Of a stretch of DNA of 49,069 nucleotides, positions 8,638 to 16,574 are shown piece after piece. The notes beneath the pieces were generated by a model. That model did not search any database. It was not told the DNA's origin and saw only the letters and a list, made by a program, of their open reading frames with translations. The position numbers and the translations under genes are program-made. Position 1 is the stretch's first letter. Each line of letters starts with the position of its first letter. This DNA is from Nitrospira sp. (GTDB taxonomy: Bacteria > Nitrospirota > Nitrospiria > Nitrospirales > Nitrospiraceae), in NCBI GenBank assembly GCA_024281365.1, contig JAMXAU010000001.1:1-49069 (forward strand), read 5' to 3'.

Positions 8638-9345
8638 CTAGGTCAGCCGTGGCAACTCAGCCTTGGGGGCTGCCTCTTTCATTTTTGGTTTATAGCCCAT
8701 CCGATCCAGCACTTTCATAATCCTCGTCTTGAGTCGATCATCGGCATCGGCTAATGCAGTTGCCAGCGGCTCCACCGCAGGCTTCCCGATTTTCCGTAAG
8801 ATTTCGGTCGCCGATTGACGAATCTCGTCTTCCTCCGATACCAGGAGAGGAATCAGTGAGGGGACCGATGGGCCTCCAAGCTTTATAAGTGAATCGTAGG
8901 CTCGTTGCCGGACATCGCCGACCTCATCTGTCAGGGCTGCCACGAGCGGCTCCACCGCGCGAGAATCTTTTAACTCACCCAACACCTCTGCGGCGTATTT
9001 CCGGTTCAGCCAGTGCGAATCTTTCAGGTCGAGCAACATGGCATCGGCTCGCGCGGTATTCGGATCTTTCGGACGGATCTTGAAGCTCTTTGCGACCCGC
9101 TTGCCGCCTTCTTCGACCACACGGATGGTGGCGCCGTCGCCGGCTTTAATTTTTTTCAGGTCCTCCAGCGCTTCTTCCGCCACATCCAGCAGGACCGTCT
9201 TGCCGTCGTAGGCCAGGAGCTCGACTTCCAGCTGTCGGCTTTCCGGATTGACTGCGACGACTCGCTCAGTCACTAAGTTGAACCCGTCTTTTTTCTCTCC
9301 GCCTTTCGGTGCAATCTGAATCAACTTGGGGGCTTCATCTGCCAT
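8638..9345 (-). CDS. HEAT-repeat (PBS-lyase-like) protein with an N-terminal beta-rich, OB-fold-like domain
   Basis: C-terminal repeats YAAEVLGELKDSRAVEPLV and VRQRAYDSLIKLG; first ~95 aa are beta-strand-like. The TAG stop coincides with the IS end. Confidence 0.85.
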   Translation of the reverse strand: MADEAPKLIQIAPKGGEKKDGFNLVTERVVAVNPESRQLEVELLAYDGKTVLLDVAEEALEDLKKIKAGDGATIRVVEEGGKRVAKSFKIRPKDPNTARADAMLLDLKDSHWLNRKYAAEVLGELKDSRAVEPLVAALTDEVGDVRQRAYDSLIKLGGPSVPSLIPLLVSEEDEIRQSATEILRKIGKPAVEPLATALADADDRLKTRIMKVLDRMGYKPKMKEAAPKAELPRLT

Positions 9346-9379
9346 GGGAATCTATCCTCTATAAGTGGAGTAAAAGGGT

Positions 9380-10144
9380 TTACGGTTCCGGCTTCCAACC
9401 GAGGCTGGACAATACCGCCTCAACGGTTTCTTGGACCATGGTGTTTTCGTCTTCACGCAATGGTAGTAATGGCTGAATGGCTTCTGTGGCGCCGAGCCGA
9501 GCAAGTGACTCGGCGGCATTGCGCCGGACCAGCCAATCTTCATCGCGCAGCGATTCAATCAAGGGTTTGATGCCTCGGCGATCGCCGATCTTGCCCAGTG
9601 CTTCCGCTGCATGGCGGCGCACCATCCAATTGGACCCGAGCAGTCCATCGATCAAGGCTTCGACTGCCCGTACGTCGCCGACCTTCTTCAGCACGCGGGC
9701 TGCATCCTCCCGGAGGGTACTGTCCATGAGGGCGTCGATCAATCCCGGTACCGCCTGTGAATCGCCGATCCGTTCGAGCGCCCATACTGCCGCCGTCCGC
9801 ACTGCCCCGTCACGGTCCTTGATCGCCTTGACCAGCGGTTCAACCGCGCGCCGGTCTCGTAACTTTCCGAGTGCCGATGCCGCCTGTTCACGGATCGCCC
9901 ATGAGTCATCCTGAAGTGCCTCGATCATCGGTTCAACAACAGACGGGCCCATTCGCACAACTGCGCTGGTCGCAGCCTCCCGAATAACTACGTCCTCATC
10001 GGCCATCAACTCAATCAGGCGGGGCAATGCGTCCTGGCCTGTCTGTCCGAGACTCGCGATAGCGTGATCACGTAAGGCTTCGTTCTCGTCGTAGAGCGCA
10101 TGAATCAGTTGATCGATGCGATCGGATGGAGGTTGTTCAGTCAT
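9380..10144 (-). CDS. HEAT-repeat (PBS-lyase-like) protein
   Basis: Tandem ~31-aa repeats (IREQAASALGKLRDRRAVEPLV, VRRHAAEALGKIGD). Start set at ATG 10144, overlapping the upstream stop. Confidence 0.9.
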   Translation of the reverse strand: MTEQPPSDRIDQLIHALYDENEALRDHAIASLGQTGQDALPRLIELMADEDVVIREAATSAVVRMGPSVVEPMIEALQDDSWAIREQAASALGKLRDRRAVEPLVKAIKDRDGAVRTAAVWALERIGDSQAVPGLIDALMDSTLREDAARVLKKVGDVRAVEALIDGLLGSNWMVRRHAAEALGKIGDRRGIKPLIESLRDEDWLVRRNAAESLARLGATEAIQPLLPLREDENTMVQETVEAVLSSLGWKPEP

Positions 10145-11237
10145 GCTCACTGTCCTCTTCTTGCGTCTGATTTTCCATGGCCATGATGGCCTCAAGCTTA
10201 TCGGCGATCAGGCCGGCATTGTAGGCCACCAGACCATCGCGATCCGTCCGGAGTCGGTCAAAGATGTCTTTGTACGGTCTCAAGACTCCCACGTCCTTGA
10301 TCTTGGCCAAGGCTTCCATCGCAAAGACCCGAAGCGGTCGGATGGGAATGGCGTCGAGATAGAGCTGGGTTGGACGGGAATCTCCGATCAACCCCAACGC
10401 TTTGATCGCCAGCTCCTTCACACCGGTATCCTTGTCCTGTTCGAGTCGTTTCATTAGTGGGATGACGGCCCGGACATCTCCGATTTTCCCCAGGAGGTCT
10501 GCGGCCGCTTCGCGTACGAGCCAATCCTCATCTTCAAGATATTCGATTAGGATTTCCACGCTGGGCCGTCCGATCCCTAGGAGATCGATGACGGTTGCCA
10601 TCCGTGCTTCTTCCCGTTCGCTGGCCCCTTCGATGTCGCGCAGCACATTGAATGTCGAATCGATACGTTCCCGGACGGCACTCAGCTTTTTGAGAGTATC
10701 GACGGCGATTTCTCGAACAGCCGGTTGTCCCATCGCATCAATGAAGGCATCGATGGAACGGGGATCTAATAATTGATCGAGCATCAGTGCCGCTGCAATT
10801 TGCGCTTCAACATTGGGGTGTTTGAGCAGGTCGCACAAGGGCAGCACGGCAGTTGGAATCGCGCCGATCAGGTGTGTTAGGGCCTGCCTTGTCGGGCCTT
10901 CCGGTGTATGTGGTAACAAGGCAACCAACGCCCGTGCGGTGTCCACATCAAGCACGCCCGCCATCTGTTCAAGGGCCGCCGCTGCAGCGTTGCGGACAGC
11001 GTCCTCGTCGAGTTCGAGCAGTTCGACCAGGGCGACTCCGGCTCGTGGATCCTTGATGCGAGCCAACATCGCTGCCGCTTCCTTCTTCAGCTCGGTAGGA
11101 CCGGTTCGCAGTGCGTCCATGAGCGCCTGGACCGATCGTGGTCCTCCCGCCACACAGGCTGCCGTGGCTCGCATGCGGCGCCAGTCCTCTTCGTGGACGA
11201 GTTCGGAGACTAGTGTTTCGATGGTTTCTTTTGACAT
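10137..11237 (-). CDS. HEAT-repeat (PBS-lyase-like) protein
   Basis: Repeats WLVREAAADLLGKIGDVRAVIPL and VKELAIKALGLIGD. Start set at ATG 11237 (MSKETI). Confidence 0.88.
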   Translation of the reverse strand: MSKETIETLVSELVHEEDWRRMRATAACVAGGPRSVQALMDALRTGPTELKKEAAAMLARIKDPRAGVALVELLELDEDAVRNAAAAALEQMAGVLDVDTARALVALLPHTPEGPTRQALTHLIGAIPTAVLPLCDLLKHPNVEAQIAAALMLDQLLDPRSIDAFIDAMGQPAVREIAVDTLKKLSAVRERIDSTFNVLRDIEGASEREEARMATVIDLLGIGRPSVEILIEYLEDEDWLVREAAADLLGKIGDVRAVIPLMKRLEQDKDTGVKELAIKALGLIGDSRPTQLYLDAIPIRPLRVFAMEALAKIKDVGVLRPYKDIFDRLRTDRDGLVAYNAGLIADKLEAIMAMENQTQEEDSEHD

Positions 11238-11242
11238 TGTGT

Positions 11243-12340
11243 TCAGAGCCGGCTGATGGAGATCTGACGCGGTCTCCATCCCACGAGCGTCAAGGTCTCA
11301 CGAACGTGGAACCGGAGGTTTTCGTCCGTTGAATCATTCAATAGTGAAATGAGAACCGGAACGACCTTCGATCCGAATTTGGCCAATGAGGCGGCCGCCT
11401 CTGCACGGGTATGGGTCGGGCTCAGGGCCGCGACGAGTGAAGGAATCGCCCTATCGTCACCGATCAATCCCAAGGCCCGCACGGCGGCCCCTTGCGTGAT
11501 GAGCTCCTCATTCCACTGATCCCCACAGCCGACCGCTGTCCTGGTGGCTTCCGGAGGTTTGGCGCCTGTGACGACATCGACCAGAGCGGGCACGGCGCAG
11601 GGATTGCCGATACGCCCGAGCGCCTCGACCGCCACGGTCCGTAAACCTGGTTCACGCATGGCCACGCATAAATGACCCACAGCTTGGGCATCACCGATTT
11701 CGCCTAACGCCCGCACGGCATCCTCGCGAACAGCGGAATCGCGATCGTTGAACAGGACCGAGAGCAGCGGTTCAACCGCACGAGGGGATCGAGCCTTGCC
11801 GAGCGATTCCACTGCATGCAATCGAACGAGCCAGTCGTCGTGTTTCAACGCCTGCACTAAGCATGGAATCGCTGCGTCACCGATGGCCGCCAGGGCTGTA
11901 GCTGATTCCTCACGAACCGCCTTGACTCTATCTTGGAGGAGCGGGATTAGGGCCTCGACGGTATCTGCGCTCTTCACGCGGCCCAAGGCCTGAGCCGCGT
12001 GCATCCGGACGATCCAATCGTTGCTTCTCAGTGCCGATAAGAGGGGAGTGATTGCTCGCTCATCCGCAACGGTCGCCAGGATCGCCGAGGCTGCTTCTTG
12101 AACGGCTAAATCGTTCTCAGTCAGACAGGCACCGAGTGCTTCCACTGCCGGAACTCCGATCGCGCGGAGTGCTTCTACTGCTGCCTCTCGCACGGAACGA
12201 TCTTGGTCTCGAAGGAGGGACACGAGAGGAGTGACCGCACGCGGATCTTTGAGCTGGCCAAGCAGACGTGCTGCCTCTTCACGGATCGCCCAATCCTTGT
12301 CCCGGAGCGCGGCCATCTGTTCTGCAACCTCGTCGACCAT
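11243..12340 (-). CDS. HEAT-repeat (PBS-lyase-like) protein
   Basis: About ten repeats (IREEAARLLGQLKDPRAVTPLV, VREDAVRALGEIGD). Start set at ATG 12340 because the longer ORF extends into a repeat element. Confidence 0.9.
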   Translation of the reverse strand: MVDEVAEQMAALRDKDWAIREEAARLLGQLKDPRAVTPLVSLLRDQDRSVREAAVEALRAIGVPAVEALGACLTENDLAVQEAASAILATVADERAITPLLSALRSNDWIVRMHAAQALGRVKSADTVEALIPLLQDRVKAVREESATALAAIGDAAIPCLVQALKHDDWLVRLHAVESLGKARSPRAVEPLLSVLFNDRDSAVREDAVRALGEIGDAQAVGHLCVAMREPGLRTVAVEALGRIGNPCAVPALVDVVTGAKPPEATRTAVGCGDQWNEELITQGAAVRALGLIGDDRAIPSLVAALSPTHTRAEAAASLAKFGSKVVPVLISLLNDSTDENLRFHVRETLTLVGWRPRQISISRL

Positions 12341-12351
12341 GTTGCTCTCTG

Positions 12352-12480
12352 CCAGGATGTTGAAAAAGTCCGCCAGCTTCAGGTAGGTCAAGGTTGAGGC
12401 TCAGGTGAAGTGAACCAATACTCTCCACTCCCCCTTAACCTCGACCTTCGCCTCATTGGCTTCACTCGATGCGGCCTTGC
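12352..12480. repeat. Degenerate MITE-family copy with a replaced internal hairpin
   Basis: CAGGATGTTGAAAAAGTCCGCCAGC end; CTTCACTCGATGCGGCCTT matches the 6811-6938 element (reverse strand) at 18/19; internal arms at 12385-12399 and 12433-12447. Confidence 0.6.
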
Positions 12481-12510
12481 ACGAAGGAGTATGGTATTCG
12501 TCGGACTGCA

Positions 12511-13866
12511 TCAGACGGTGTCACCGGATGGTCCAAACCGTCCGGTCTGTCCCAATGGCCGATCGATGCGCAGGTTGTCGGCTTGGCTGGAACTGATTTC
12601 TACTTCCTCATCGGATGGAGTCCATCCAAGCGTTTCCAAGGTTTCGAGCACAATCTGCTTGAGGGCATCTTTGGCCGTCAGGCGAACTGAGGCGTACGAC
12701 AGGACGCGTTCCTTCTCCGCCTCAACCTCAGAAGCCTTGGGGTCATAGAGAAAGGCAATGAGTGGTTCGATCGCGGCATCTCCGATGACGGTCAGAGCAG
12801 CTGCGGCCTTTTCACGCAAGACTCCGTCTTTCAGCAACATGATCAGATCGGGAATCACGCGTGGGTCACGAAACTGCCCCAGCGCAGTCGCCGCCGCTTC
12901 TTTGATGAACGCATCCTCACTGACGATGCATCCGGGTGTCGGTGAGCCTTCCTGCTTGATCCCTTTGCCTTTTAAGGCATTCAGCACGGCTGGGAGCGCG
13001 CGTGGGTCGCCGATCATCCCGAGTGATGCGATGGCATGGCGTTTCACGGCCCCGTCTTTCATCGCATCGATCAGCGCATCGATTGCCCGTGGATCGCCGA
13101 TCATACCGAGCGCGATCGTGGCATCTTCACGAACGGCTCGATCCGGGTCTTTCAATGCTGAGATGAGGGCCTCAACTACTTTGGCGTCACGGACCCAGGT
13201 CCGGCCGATTTGATAGTCCGTCGTCATCCCACCCAATGCCCGAGCTGCGTGACAGCGGACCACGAAATCCTTGTCGTTGAGGCTATCAATCAGCGGATCA
13301 ACCGATGGTTGTCCAATGTACACCAGCGCGGTTCCAGCGGTTTCTCTGACGATTTTTGACGAGTCTCTGAACAGTTTGATCAATGCTGGAACGGCCTTCG
13401 GGTCTGCAATTCGACCAAGGGCCTCGGCTACGGCGCTCTTGACGGCTCCATCGCGGTCGCGACAAGAGACAATCAGCGCATCGACGGCTCGAGGATCCTT
13501 CATTTTGCCAGCGGCTTTGGCAGCATGTTCTCGAACTCGCCAGCGTTCGTCCTTCAATGCCGTCACCACACGATCAATGGCAGGCGAGCCTATCTTGGCC
13601 ATGGCTTCAACCGTCTGGTCTCGTACTTCCATGATCGGGTCATTGAACAGGCTGATCAGGGCCTCAATCGCTTTGGGACCACCAATTTTTGAGATGCCAC
13701 AAGCGGCATGGGCGCGAACAGACCAGTAGTCATCGCTGCAGGCGACGAGTAGTGCCTCTAAGGTTGAGGGATCACCCAGGTCGGCAAGGGTCTTCGCCGC
13801 CTCCTCACGGGTGGCGTCGTCCACGTCCTCAAGTGCATCCAATAGGGTATTGAGTACGTTAGCCAT
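12511..13866 (-). CDS. HEAT-repeat (PBS-lyase-like) protein
   Basis: More than ten repeats (VREDATIALGMIGDPRAIDALI, VKSAVAEALGRIADPKAVPALI). Start ATG 13866 overlaps the upstream stop. Confidence 0.9.
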   Translation of the reverse strand: MANVLNTLLDALEDVDDATREEAAKTLADLGDPSTLEALLVACSDDYWSVRAHAACGISKIGGPKAIEALISLFNDPIMEVRDQTVEAMAKIGSPAIDRVVTALKDERWRVREHAAKAAGKMKDPRAVDALIVSCRDRDGAVKSAVAEALGRIADPKAVPALIKLFRDSSKIVRETAGTALVYIGQPSVDPLIDSLNDKDFVVRCHAARALGGMTTDYQIGRTWVRDAKVVEALISALKDPDRAVREDATIALGMIGDPRAIDALIDAMKDGAVKRHAIASLGMIGDPRALPAVLNALKGKGIKQEGSPTPGCIVSEDAFIKEAAATALGQFRDPRVIPDLIMLLKDGVLREKAAAALTVIGDAAIEPLIAFLYDPKASEVEAEKERVLSYASVRLTAKDALKQIVLETLETLGWTPSDEEVEISSSQADNLRIDRPLGQTGRFGPSGDTV

Positions 13867-14326
13867 TGTTTGGTTTCTGGTCGTAATAGGGGTCAGGTTG
13901 CCCACCGTGGGGGTAGGTGCGTTTGCACAACACGATCAAAGTCTGGGTCCCACGACCTTGCACACACTGGTCCAAGGCGGGTGAGTAGTCGATGGTACCG
14001 TTCATGCCGACGGTAAAGGGAAAATCGAAGGTGAAACTGATGAATTTGTATTTGCCGGGCCTGAGTGACAGGTCACGACGCTCAGATGTCTTCGGGGCGT
14101 CGAGCGACTCCGGGTCGGAATTCCAGATCGAGGGCGTAACGCCGGGTACTTGCCACCATGACATGGGGACTAACTTGGTCGCGTCAATGGTGATCTGGTG
14201 TTCATGGAGATGGGCAGCCGGGCGATCTCCGGCGAAGCTTCCCTCAGCGAACACCATCGCCAGCAGGCCTATGACGGTGACGCGGAGCGACAAGGACCGG
14301 TGTTTCATCGCAATATCGAAATTCAT
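13859..14326 (-). CDS. Exported hypothetical protein
   Basis: Signal-peptide-like N-terminus (MKHRSLSLRVTVIGLLAMVFAEGSFA), beta-rich mature part with a Cys pair; tightly packed between its neighbours. Confidence 0.7.
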   Translation of the reverse strand: MNFDIAMKHRSLSLRVTVIGLLAMVFAEGSFAGDRPAAHLHEHQITIDATKLVPMSWWQVPGVTPSIWNSDPESLDAPKTSERRDLSLRPGKYKFISFTFDFPFTVGMNGTIDYSPALDQCVQGRGTQTLIVLCKRTYPHGGQPDPYYDQKPNNG

Positions 14327-14332
14327 ACAGAG

Positions 14333-15352
14333 TTAGCGCTTCTTGGCACGGGGTACAGGATGGCCGGCTGTGTTGGCATGGAAAATCTCCTCGATCACCT
14401 TGCTGTCCCATTCTGTGTGGGTCTCAAGCTGGAGCATTCGCATGACGGTCGCCCCGGTATCGATGATGGACACTGGTTGACGGATGACTTGGCCACGCGC
14501 GATACCTGCTCCGGAAACGATCCAAGGAACGGCCGGTGTCTCGGCCTGTGTCACTTCCCCGCCGGCGTCATGCCCCTTTGAACTCAGGGCTGTCACGAGG
14601 ACGGTCGTGCGGTCCAAGAGATTATAGTGCTTGAAGAGGTCCAGGACGGACTTCATCGCAGCATCGACCGTCTTGAGGGCCTGTTGGTATTCCTTCGAAT
14701 TCCAACCCTGGCTGACACCCGCTCGCCCTGCCTCCGGAAGATGTACCACCAACAAGTGCGGGAGGGCATGGACGGCATGGCCGTACCCGTGACCGCTTGC
14801 GGCCTTCTGGAAGTACTGTTGGATGTAGGCGACGAGCTTTTGCGCGCCGCACTCGGGGCGCAATGCACCGCAGAGTTGATAGTCGGTGTAGGGAGCCGGT
14901 TTCGCGAGTTGATAGAGGGATTCGTCCATGAAAAAGACGGCGCTGTCTCTTCCCCCGCCGACATCCAAGTAATCAAAGAGGCTCGGGGCGCGTGGATAGC
15001 CCCGGCTGAATTCAAACGAATTCCAGGTGATTCCATGTTTCTCAACCGGCAGGCCGGTGACAAGTGATGCCATCATGGGAAGCCGTAAAGCCGGCTGAAC
15101 TGCGTTGGCCGACCATGTCACAGACCCTTCCTTGACGAGCTTGCTGAGGACCGGCATGGCGCCGTTATTGAGGGAATCCTGACTAAACCCCTCAAGGACA
15201 AATAGGATGACGTGCTCTGTTATGGAGTTGAGAGGAGCGGCAGGTTCACCGGGTGGAGAGGCCGCATGAACAGGAGCGTACGCTCCGAATGCCAGCCACC
15301 AAACTAGAATCCCTCCCAGGGTTATGGACATGCGCGAAGAACGACTTATCAT
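14333..15352 (-). CDS. Exported alkaline-phosphatase-superfamily (NPP/phosphodiesterase-like) protein with degenerate catalytic motifs
   Basis: Fold motifs EHVILFVLEG, MPVLSKLVKEG, ASLVTGLPVEKHGI, DRTTVLVT, VPWIVSG.G and SIIDTGAT; signal peptide present; start codon uncertain (15352 or 15331). Confidence 0.8.
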   Translation of the reverse strand: MISRSSRMSITLGGILVWWLAFGAYAPVHAASPPGEPAAPLNSITEHVILFVLEGFSQDSLNNGAMPVLSKLVKEGSVTWSANAVQPALRLPMMASLVTGLPVEKHGITWNSFEFSRGYPRAPSLFDYLDVGGGRDSAVFFMDESLYQLAKPAPYTDYQLCGALRPECGAQKLVAYIQQYFQKAASGHGYGHAVHALPHLLVVHLPEAGRAGVSQGWNSKEYQQALKTVDAAMKSVLDLFKHYNLLDRTTVLVTALSSKGHDAGGEVTQAETPAVPWIVSGAGIARGQVIRQPVSIIDTGATVMRMLQLETHTEWDSKVIEEIFHANTAGHPVPRAKKR

Positions 15353-15526
15353 GACGTGGCCATAATCTTTTTGATTCATAGATGAAAGAGGTACCCTAAC
15401 ATGCAAATTTTCCGGAAGGCAAGGTGGGGGACGGTACCCGCTGAATGCTGGTAGAACCGTTGTTCCGGTGTTAAGCTGACCCCATAGGTCGTTCTATCTG
15501 CCGTTTACACGCGAGAAGGGGAAGCG

Positions 15527-16573
15527 ATGTCCAGTCGATTCGCCCAACCGTCGTTGCCCCTCCATATGGCTTTTTGCAGGGTTTGTCTTCTGGTTTTGTG
15601 CTTTCTCATCATCGTTGCCGATTTCGCCGTCACACCTCCTGCATATGCAGAACCTCGAGTCGTTAATGCCCAAGGTGAACATCGCATGGGCGACCGCGAT
15701 ACCCGAGAAGATGCGATCCGTCTCGCGACGGAGACGGCCAAGCGGAACGCACTCGAACAGGTTGCCACGTATCTGGAGAGCGTGACGATTGTCGATGGCA
15801 TGGACGTGACCAAAGACGAGATCCGCACGTATACGGCCGGCTTGGTGCTGGTGCTCAATCAACAGATCTCCACGAGTCTTGACGGCGATGTGGTAGTCAT
15901 CAAGGCAGATCTTCTGGCGCAGATGGATACGGAGGAGGTTGCCCGCGCGATCACGGCGCTCCGGGAAAACGAAGATGCTCGTGTACAGTTGGCCGAGCTG
16001 AAGCAAGAAAACGAACAGCTTCAAGAAGAGCTCAAGTCGGTGAATCAGGTGCTGGGCAGCCCCGCCACACCGGAGCAAGTGCAGCAAGCCGCGCTTAAGC
16101 GGAAAGAGATTCTGAACCGTGTGCAGTCGAACGCGATGGTCTCGCAGGCCTGGACCAATTGGGTGCTCGTCTCGCCGATGGGAATTCCGCAAGGTCTTTT
16201 GAACAGCGCGAGTGGTCTCTTCCCGGCCAATCCCCATATCGCCATCGCCCAACAGATCATCGCCTATCGACAACCCCACATATCACCCGCTCCGCCACGA
16301 CCGGAGAGTTCCCCTGGTCGGATGCCGAGCCATGAGCTGGTCCCACCTCCAGGCGGATCCGCAGGGTCTCGCCCCTTCAATGAGACCATTTATCGGGCAC
16401 CTTCAGGACAGCCTCAGGGTGATCGTCGACCGATGGGCCAACCAGGCCAATGGAATGGCGGAGTAAGGCGATCGCCTCAAGCTCCACCATCAGCGGGTCC
16501 CCCAGCGGTGCAGCAGCCTGGCCCGCATTATCGGGGAACTCCGTCCTTTGGGGCACCGGGTGGAAATCGCTAA
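15527..16573 (+). CDS. Exported hypothetical protein: LPP20/FlgT-N-like domain, coiled coil and Pro/Gly-rich tail
   Basis: Signal peptide ending PAYA; AQGEHRMG...AIRLATETAKRNALEQV pattern; heptad region LAELKQENEQLQEEL; low-complexity C-terminus. Confidence 0.65.
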   Translation: MSSRFAQPSLPLHMAFCRVCLLVLCFLIIVADFAVTPPAYAEPRVVNAQGEHRMGDRDTREDAIRLATETAKRNALEQVATYLESVTIVDGMDVTKDEIRTYTAGLVLVLNQQISTSLDGDVVVIKADLLAQMDTEEVARAITALRENEDARVQLAELKQENEQLQEELKSVNQVLGSPATPEQVQQAALKRKEILNRVQSNAMVSQAWTNWVLVSPMGIPQGLLNSASGLFPANPHIAIAQQIIAYRQPHISPAPPRPESSPGRMPSHELVPPPGGSAGSRPFNETIYRAPSGQPQGDRRPMGQPGQWNGGVRRSPQAPPSAGPPAVQQPGPHYRGTPSFGAPGGNR

Positions 16574-16574
16574 G

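Larger units (their letters stand above)
6992..8638 (-). mobile_element. Outer IS5-family (IS427-like) insertion sequence, interrupted by a second IS
   Basis: Perfect inverted ends CTAGGGCCTGTTAACACTA (6989-7007) and TAGTGTTAACAGGCCCTAG (8623-8641); TA or CTAG target duplication; about 803 bp once the inner IS is removed. Confidence 0.93.

Noticed and set aside
8638-13866. HEAT genes as phycobilin lyases or as a DNA repeat/CRISPR array
   Set aside because: No phycobiliprotein genes in the window; the repetition is at protein level, with no identical spaced DNA repeats and no cas genes.
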